Positions 58,014-64,000 of a DNA stretch of 64,000 bases are shown in pieces. The stretch comes from Candidatus Iainarchaeum sp. (lineage in GTDB: Archaea; Iainarchaeota; Iainarchaeia; Iainarchaeales; JAFCCW01): the NCBI GenBank assembly GCA_017609985.1, contig JAFCCW010000001.1:1-64000 (forward strand), written 5' to 3'. Within the stretch, counting starts at the first letter, position 1, and each line of letters opens with the position of its first letter. The position numbers were made by a program, and so were the translations under genes. The notes beneath the pieces were generated by a model. That model did not search any database. It was not told the origin of the DNA and worked only from the letters and a program-made list of their open reading frames with translations.

Positions 58014-59185
58014 GCACGAAACAAGTTTATCTCGACAATGCAGCAAGCACACCGGTCGACAAGAGAGTATTAAAAGAAATACTGCCATTCTTCGGCGAAA
58101 AGTATGGAAACGCAAGCAGTGTTCACTCCAGCGGAAGAGAGGGAATGGAAGCAATCCAAAAAGCAAGGGAGAAAATAGCAAAAGCAATCAATGCTGAGCC
58201 AGAAGAAATAATTTTCACCTCATCAGGAACTGAATCAAACAATTTGCTGATTAAGGGATTCGCAAGAGCAGGATTGGAAAAAGAAAAACATATCCTGACA
58301 CAGAAAACAGAGCACGATGCAGTACTTCACCCAATTGAAGAGCTTGCAAAGCAAGGATTTGAAACAAGAGTGCTTGAAGTAGACAGAGAAGGCTTCTTTC
58401 AGATGGAAGAATTTGAAAAAGAAGCAGGACGAGCAGGGCTTGCGAGCATAATGCACGCAAACAACGAGATTGGAACAATTTACCCTATTAAAAAAATAGG
58501 AAAGATTTGCAGAGAGAAAGGAACTGTGTTTCACACTGACGCAGTGCAAACTGTTGGCAAGGAAAAAATTAATGTCAAGAAGATGAAAATAGATGCATTG
58601 TCTGCTTCAGCGCACAAGTTTTACGGGCCAAAGGGAGCTGGCTTTCTGTATTTGAAAGAAGGAATTAAAATAGAGGGATTAATGAGCGGAGGCGGACAAG
58701 AGAGAAAGCTGAGACCGGGAACATACAACACGCAAGGAATTGTTGGAATGGGAAAAGCACTCGAAATCGCAAACAAGGAAATGAACAATGCCAAGGAAAA
58801 GGAAAAGAAAATGCAGAAAGAGCTTGCAAAGAGATTAATGGAAATAGATGACAGCTGGATTAACGGGCCAAAGATTGGAAGTAAGAGACTGGCAAACAAC
58901 TTGAGTGCTGGCTTTGAATACGTGGAAGGAGAAGCAATGCTGATAAAACTGGATGATTATGGAATTGCAGCAAGCACTGGAAGTGCCTGCTCTTCAGACT
59001 CGCTGAAAGCAAGCCATGTTCTGCTAGGAATAGGATTAAGACCAAGGAGAGCTCACGGCACGCTGAGGTTCTCTCTTGGCAAGCAGAACAACATACAGGA
59101 TGTTAAATATGTTGGAGAAAAAATGAAAAAAGTAGTGGGTGAGTTGAGAAACATTAGCCCGTTGAAAAAAGGAGTGATTAAATGA
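58010..59185 (+). CDS. iscS: Cysteine desulfurase (IscS/NifS type)
   Basis: YLDNAAST, SGTESNN, SAHKFYGPKG, STGSACSS. Confidence 0.95.
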   Translation: MSTKQVYLDNAASTPVDKRVLKEILPFFGEKYGNASSVHSSGREGMEAIQKAREKIAKAINAEPEEIIFTSSGTESNNLLIKGFARAGLEKEKHILTQKTEHDAVLHPIEELAKQGFETRVLEVDREGFFQMEEFEKEAGRAGLASIMHANNEIGTIYPIKKIGKICREKGTVFHTDAVQTVGKEKINVKKMKIDALSASAHKFYGPKGAGFLYLKEGIKIEGLMSGGGQERKLRPGTYNTQGIVGMGKALEIANKEMNNAKEKEKKMQKELAKRLMEIDDSWINGPKIGSKRLANNLSAGFEYVEGEAMLIKLDDYGIAASTGSACSSDSLKASHVLLGIGLRPRRAHGTLRFSLGKQNNIQDVKYVGEKMKKVVGELRNISPLKKGVIK

Positions 59186-59583
59186 GTGAAGCTTATTCAG
59201 AAAAGGTAATGAACTATTTCAGAAAGCCAAAAAATATTGGAGAAATTGAAGATGCAGACGCAATAGGGAAGGTTGGAAATCCAACATGCGGAGACCTGAT
59301 GTGGGTTTATATAAAAGTTGGAAAGAAAGAAGACAAGGAAATTCTTAAGGATGTGAAGGTCAAAACTTTTGGGTGTGTTGCAGCAATTGCAACAAGCTCT
59401 GCGCTGACCGAGATGGCAAAAGGAATGGAGTTGGAAGAGGCAGGGAAAATAACAAAGCAAGACATTGCAGACGAGCTAGGCGGATTGCCACCAGCAAAAA
59501 TGCACTGCTCCATGCTCGCACTTGACGGGCTAAAAAAAGCAATTGAAGAATATTATGGAAAGCAATATGAGAAAAGTAAATAA
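59182..59583 (+). CDS. iscU: Fe-S cluster scaffold IscU/NifU
   Basis: GNPTCGD, FGCVAA, LPPAKMHCS. Confidence 0.95.
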   Translation: MSEAYSEKVMNYFRKPKNIGEIEDADAIGKVGNPTCGDLMWVYIKVGKKEDKEILKDVKVKTFGCVAAIATSSALTEMAKGMELEEAGKITKQDIADELGGLPPAKMHCSMLALDGLKKAIEEYYGKQYEKSK

Positions 59584-59603
59584 AGAAAGAGAAAATAATA
59601 GTA

Positions 59604-60389
59604 TTGATGAAAAAGCCTATGAGAAGTCAGCAAGAAAGATGGGGATTTAAACACAGCCCTGTTAGAATCAAGGGAAAAACACCCCAACAGACTGGCGGAG
59701 TTGCAAGAAGCTTTTATAGACAGCTTGATGAAAACAGATTTACTGTTGGAAAACATTATCTAAAAGCGCATGCGCACAGAGTAAGAACACTGCCTGATAC
59801 ACACACAGCAGGAAGTCCTGATTTTGATGCCCATCTTATTGTGGCAGCAAAAAAATTTCTTGGAAAACTTAAAGGAAAAACATGCTGTGAGTTTGGAGCA
59901 GGATATGGAACGCTATTGAATGCGTTGGGAAAAGAAGGAATGAAACTAAGAGGAATTGAAAAAGAAAAAAAGCAAACTACAATAACAAAACAGTTTGTTA
60001 ATGGACAAATAGTTCACGGAATTGACGCAGGAAACAGGAAACAAGTTCGTTCAGCTACGGGAAACAGAAAGTTCAATCTGACTATAAGCAGTTTATTGTT
60101 TCAATCAAATATAATGACAGAGAAAGCTGTATCTAAAATTGCAAGAAATATTGCGGAAGCAACAGAGGAAGGAGGTTACTCAATTCATTTTGCAGGAACA
60201 TCAGGAGAAAGTAAGGATATTGTTCCAATTAAAGAATTTGAAAAACAAGGGCTGGAGTTAGTGGAAGTGAGACATGTTTATGGGCGAGGGCACGACCCAA
60301 TGCTACAAAAAATGAGAAAAGAAGAACCAGCATTAACACGTATCATACCGGGAACAGTATACATTTTTCAAAAGAAGGGTAGGCAATAG
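59604..60389 (+). CDS. Class I SAM-dependent methyltransferase-like protein with basic N-terminal extension
   Basis: EFGAGYG motif I, GIE motif II. Confidence 0.7.
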   Translation: MMKKPMRSQQERWGFKHSPVRIKGKTPQQTGGVARSFYRQLDENRFTVGKHYLKAHAHRVRTLPDTHTAGSPDFDAHLIVAAKKFLGKLKGKTCCEFGAGYGTLLNALGKEGMKLRGIEKEKKQTTITKQFVNGQIVHGIDAGNRKQVRSATGNRKFNLTISSLLFQSNIMTEKAVSKIARNIAEATEEGGYSIHFAGTSGESKDIVPIKEFEKQGLELVEVRHVYGRGHDPMLQKMRKEEPALTRIIPGTVYIFQKKGRQ

Positions 60390-60409
60390 TAGAGTAATAG
60401 GGTGATGAA

Positions 60410-60760
60410 ATGGAACTAAAGCAGGCAATTATTGTCAGAAGCGATTTGGGAATGGAAAAGGGCAAGATAGCTGCTCAGAGCAGTCATGCGAGTGTTGAGG
60501 CAATGGAGAAGGCAAGACTGAAGGAAGAAGAATGGGTTGAGAAATGGAAAGAACAGGGACAAAAAAAGATTGTTTTGAAGATTTCAGGAAAAGACGAGCT
60601 TGTTAAACTATTTGAGCAGATGAAGGGGGAGCTACCATGCGCATTGATTAAGGATGCTGGAAAGACTCAGACAAACCCAGGAGAAATAACCTGCTTTGCG
60701 TGCGGACCAGCACCGGAAGCAAAAATCAACAAGCATACAAAAGAGTTAAAGCTGTTGTGA
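60410..60760 (+). CDS. pth2: Peptidyl-tRNA hydrolase Pth2
   Basis: VRSDL.M.KGKIAAQ.SHA, DAGKTQ, GP. Confidence 0.95.
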   Translation: MELKQAIIVRSDLGMEKGKIAAQSSHASVEAMEKARLKEEEWVEKWKEQGQKKIVLKISGKDELVKLFEQMKGELPCALIKDAGKTQTNPGEITCFACGPAPEAKINKHTKELKLL

Positions 60761-60779
60761 AAAAGGAGAGTGAATCCAG

Positions 60780-61520
60780 GTGGGGTTCAAAAACATTGTT
60801 TCAAGAATTGTTGAAAAAGCAGACATAGTAATAGAAGTGCTTGACGCAAGATTTCCAGAGTTAACAAGAAATGAAGAACTGGAAAAAAAAGTAAACGGCA
60901 GAGGAAAAAAACTTATTTTTGCATTAAACAAAAGTGACTTGGTTTCAAGAAACTATGCTAAACGAAAGAAAAAAGCACTTGAAAAAGATGGAAGAGCTGT
61001 CTTTGTTTCAGCATCAGAAAAAAAAGGAATCATAAAATTGAGGGAAGAAATTGGAAAAGCAAGCAATGGACAAGAAGTAAAGATTGCAATAGTTGGAGTG
61101 CCCAATATCGGAAAAAGTTCGCTGCTCAACGCACTTAAAGGAAAGCAGTCAGCAAAAGTTGCGCCAATTGCAGGATACACAAAGGGAGAGCAATGGGTTA
61201 GGATATCCGACAAGATAATGCTGTTGGATTCCCCCGGAGTTCTGCCGATTGAAAAAGCAGATGAATTCAGTTCCGCCCTAACCTGCTCAAAGAATCCAGA
61301 ACAGTTAAGTGATGCAGAGGGAATCGCACTACAGCTGATTGACTTTGTAAAAAAAGAAATTCCTGAAAAAGCTGAAAAAGCAGGCTGGGCTGAAAAAAGC
61401 GCAGAACAAGTGCTTGAAGAAACTGCCAAAAAAAAAGGAAAGCTACTGAAAGGCGGAAAAGCCAATACTTCGGAAGCAGGAAAGCTGATTATAAGAGAAT
61501 GGCAGCGAGGAAAACTTTAA
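60780..61520 (+). CDS. Circularly permuted ribosome-biogenesis GTPase (YlqF/RbgA family)
   Basis: Motif order DAR.P, NKSD, GVPNIGKS, T, DSPG. Confidence 0.92.
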   Translation: MGFKNIVSRIVEKADIVIEVLDARFPELTRNEELEKKVNGRGKKLIFALNKSDLVSRNYAKRKKKALEKDGRAVFVSASEKKGIIKLREEIGKASNGQEVKIAIVGVPNIGKSSLLNALKGKQSAKVAPIAGYTKGEQWVRISDKIMLLDSPGVLPIEKADEFSSALTCSKNPEQLSDAEGIALQLIDFVKKEIPEKAEKAGWAEKSAEQVLEETAKKKGKLLKGGKANTSEAGKLIIREWQRGKL

Positions 61521-61546
61521 ATAATTTGAAAAACAATTCAATTCAG

Positions 61547-62230
61547 ATGGCAAAAAACCCGAAAAAAAGAGCAGCAAAAGTTTTTGTTGCAGTACTACTT
61601 TGCTTTGCAGTGATTATTACTTATCTGCTCTTCTTTAATCAGGGACTTGAATTAGAACACGACTACAACATAGACACAAAAATAATTGTTATCACAGTCA
61701 AAAACAATTCAATTCACACAATCAGAGAAATTAATATAAGTTATACAACAATGGATGGACAGACAAAAGAAGTTGCAAAAATTGAAAAACTTGAATCGCG
61801 AGAAACAAAAAATATTGAAATTCAAAAAGAAAATTGGATGAAAGGATTTATTGATGTAACAGCAGATGCGTTATTCCACCAGCCAGCCACCAAAAGAGTA
61901 ATTGTTAACGAAGCAGAAACACAGGCAAGCCTTAGCTACAGCATTACTGCGCCAGAATATGCATTTATAGGATTTGAATATCCCCTAAAAATAAAAATCT
62001 GCAATTCAGAATCAAAAAACCCAATAAATCTTGAGTTAAGTGAAGAACACTCAGAAGAATTTTTTGAACAAGAAAACACAACCCAAAAAACAAGCATAGA
62101 ACCAGGAAAATGCAGTGAATTAACATATGAATTTATTCCAAACAAAATAGGAGAAACAGAAATATATTTTAATATAGAAGCTGGTTCTTATAGTAAGAGC
62201 TTTTCTCAGAGACTGAGTGTGGAAGAATGA
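61547..62230 (+). CDS. Membrane-anchored protein with two beta-rich (Ig/CARDB-like) domains
   Basis: N-terminal TM helix after ATG 61547; two beta-rich segments. Confidence 0.65.
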   Translation: MAKNPKKRAAKVFVAVLLCFAVIITYLLFFNQGLELEHDYNIDTKIIVITVKNNSIHTIREINISYTTMDGQTKEVAKIEKLESRETKNIEIQKENWMKGFIDVTADALFHQPATKRVIVNEAETQASLSYSITAPEYAFIGFEYPLKIKICNSESKNPINLELSEEHSEEFFEQENTTQKTSIEPGKCSELTYEFIPNKIGETEIYFNIEAGSYSKSFSQRLSVEE

Positions 62231-62889
62231 AAAAAAACAAAAACCAAGAATCAAGCATAATAAAAATAATTCAGGAAATGGTTAGCAAGGGAGAGAGTGA
62301 AACAAAAATAGTCAGCACTCTGAAAGATATTGGAGTAGAAGAAGAACAGGCAAAAAGGCTTCTTCTTCTAGGACAAGCAAACACATTTTCAATACTAAAA
62401 GGAGAAATAAGCAATATTGTAAAAGAAGACCTTGAAAAAGAAAAAACAGAAATAAAAAAATTTGTACAGAATGAAGTGAAAAGAGAAGAAACCAAAAGCA
62501 AAATAAAAATTGAGCGAGAAATAATAGAAGACATAAAGAAATATGAAAAAGAAATCACTGGACAAAGCAATACATTTCAGGAACAAATTCACGAAACAGT
62601 AGGAAAAATGGCTGAGCTAAGCGAGAGAGTAAAAAATCAGTTAAACGAATTAGGAGAACAAGTTCACCAAATACAGCTTGACATGGATGAAATGCACTTA
62701 AAGGGAGCCGGAGCAAAAAACAGAATGATGAGCAGAACAATGATTATTTTTGGAATAGGATTTTTGATTGCTGATTTTTATCTGTTTCTAACAACATTTG
62801 GAGGTGCAATAAACATTGACTCAGTTATTCTGACAGTAGTAATGGGAATGATTGGAATAACTCTTTTGTTTGTTGCAACGCTTATATAA
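62227..62889 (+). CDS. Coiled-coil protein with two C-terminal TM helices
   Basis: Heptad-rich body and hydrophobic C-terminus. Confidence 0.7.
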   Translation: MKKNKNQESSIIKIIQEMVSKGESETKIVSTLKDIGVEEEQAKRLLLLGQANTFSILKGEISNIVKEDLEKEKTEIKKFVQNEVKREETKSKIKIEREIIEDIKKYEKEITGQSNTFQEQIHETVGKMAELSERVKNQLNELGEQVHQIQLDMDEMHLKGAGAKNRMMSRTMIIFGIGFLIADFYLFLTTFGGAINIDSVILTVVMGMIGITLLFVATLI

Positions 62890-62897
62890 ACAGACGA

Positions 62898-63038
62898 TTA
62901 AAGAGGTTTTTCAGAAAAACGCTTGTATTTTTCAAGTTCTGAAAGTGCATTCTTCAAGTAAGTACAATTGCGAATGCTCTTGTCAGATTCAAGGCGCATT
63001 TTTAGTTCCCGCGTGATTTCTTCAAGTTGCAGTCTCAT
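62898..63038 (-). CDS. Small 46-aa hypothetical protein (absent from ORF track)
   Basis: Translated by hand: MRLQLEEITRELKMRLESDKSIRNCTYLKNALSELEKYKRFSEKPL*. TTTAAA box about 30 nt upstream; fills the intergenic gap. Confidence 0.55.
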   Translation of the reverse strand: MRLQLEEITRELKMRLESDKSIRNCTYLKNALSELEKYKRFSEKPL

Positions 63039-63075
63039 GCTATCAATAATATTTGGCTAGGAATAGTTTAAAAAC

Positions 63076-63492
63076 TCAATCAATAGAAGGTGGAAGAGTT
63101 TTTTGTTTACCAATAGCAACCAAAAGAGGGATGCCAAATTTCATTGCATTCTTTTTAGAGACAGTGAAATTTTTCTTGTTTTTATTGAAGTGTGTTGGAA
63201 GCAAAAAAAACCAGCCCTTGTTAGGAATCTTCCAGGCAACAAACATCTCTGTGCCAGCTCTTCCAGCCCATCCAGCCAGCTGTTCCATTTCATCAACAGG
63301 AATATGCAAATAATCAGAATTCCAAAACTTGCACTCTATTGCAAGACGCTTTTCAGGGGTAAGAGCAATAATGTCAGGGCTTGGAAGAGAAGTTGAACCC
63401 GAACCAGCAATTCTTGCAACAGAAAAACCAAGAGAAAACAGTTTGTGAATGAGTTCTCTCTCTGCTCCAGCCCCTTTTCTATATTTTCCCAT
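63076..63492 (-). CDS. hjc: Holliday junction resolvase Hjc
   Basis: YRKGAGAEREL, R.AGSG, PDIIA, IECK. Confidence 0.93.
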   Translation of the reverse strand: MGKYRKGAGAERELIHKLFSLGFSVARIAGSGSTSLPSPDIIALTPEKRLAIECKFWNSDYLHIPVDEMEQLAGWAGRAGTEMFVAWKIPNKGWFFLLPTHFNKNKKNFTVSKKNAMKFGIPLLVAIGKQKTLPPSID

Positions 63493-63636
63493 AAAAACCA
63501 GGAATACTTAAGTAAAAAGAGATTAAATTAGTTGCGGGCAAAAGTTAGGGTTTAAATAGTTTTCAGTTCCCAATTATAGCATTATACTTGAAAAAGAGAG
63601 AATTAGAGCAACTTTGATTGTTTTAACCCAGAAATT

Positions 63637-63915
63637 ATGATTAAAAGTAATGAAAAAGGCATATTGCTTGAATTAAGGGTTTCACCTGGAAAAAACCAAT
63701 TCAGTTTTCAGGGTTTTGACAAATGGGCAAACGCCCTAAAGGTGAACACCGCAAGTCAGCCGGAAAATGGGAAAGCAAACAAAGAGCTCATAAAAGAGCT
63801 TGAAAAATTTTTTAATGCAAAAGCTGAAATTCTGAAAGGAAAAACATCAAGGAAAAAAACAGTCCTTGTAAAAACATCTTCAGAAAACGCAAAAAAACAG
63901 CTTGAAAAGCTCTGA
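63637..63915 (+). CDS. DUF167/YggU family protein
   Basis: RVSPG, PENGKANKELI, G.TSR.K. Confidence 0.88.
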   Translation: MIKSNEKGILLELRVSPGKNQFSFQGFDKWANALKVNTASQPENGKANKELIKELEKFFNAKAEILKGKTSRKKTVLVKTSSENAKKQLEKL

Positions 63916-63940
63916 TTCTCTCCAAGCAGGAGATGGTTTA

Positions 63941-64000
63941 ATGGCAAAAACATACATTAATACAGTAAAATATGAAATAAAGGCAGAATTTGAAGTTGAT
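63941..64000 (+). CDS. dnaG: 5' fragment of archaeal DnaG-type primase (truncated by window end)
   Basis: AGGAG RBS; MAKTYINTVKYEIKAEFEVD resembles the archaeal DnaG N-terminus; only 20 codons visible. Confidence 0.65.
   Translation, partial: MAKTYINTVKYEIKAEFEVD

Noticed and set aside
61529-61716. 17-bp direct repeat AAAAACAATTCAATTCA at 61529 and 61700
   Set aside because: Low complexity, with no mobile element between the copies.
1193-63953. Many short antisense or overlapping ORFs in the track (e.g. 1892-2425, 10117-10683, 54969-55619)
   Set aside because: Shadows of well-supported genes on the other strand or frame, with no motifs.
1-64000. Diversity-generating retroelement, prophage, IS elements or inteins
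   Set aside because: No reverse transcriptase, integrase, transposase or capsid motifs seen; RFC, CDC48 and TopA are of normal length.

Overview
Gene-dense chromosomal segment of an archaeon. Archaeal markers include Orc1/Cdc6, RFC-S, CDC48, Hjc, Nre, Pus10, Pth2, archaeal YchF and DnaG, TATA-box promoters and class III signal peptides. The gene set, the many pilins and several bacterial-type metabolic genes (ThrRS, CoaD, CoaE, IscS/IscU, ThyX, PPDK) suggest a DPANN lineage, possibly Diapherotrites/Iainarchaeota; that placement is inference. The window holds about 60 CDS, including a type IV pilus ATPase/TadBC-like operon and about 12 class III signal-peptide genes in three loci. I found no rRNA, tRNA, CRISPR array, transposase or reverse transcriptase. 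The best leads are: (1) a structured thrS leader with a 7-nt loop centred on the Thr anticodon GGU and a mutually exclusive alternative pairing; (2) an apparently self-promoted k-turn/cUUCGg hairpin RNA at about 46.55 kb and a second GC-rich hairpin at about 13.6 kb; (3) an eroded ATP-cone/NrdD-like protein without the glycyl-radical motif; (4) a free-standing LAGLIDADG protein with two winged helices; (5) a membrane-tethered HTH regulator and a site-2 protease bracketing a pilin cluster; (6) tandem repeats that grow out of stop codons. All calls come from reading motifs by eye; no database searches were run.
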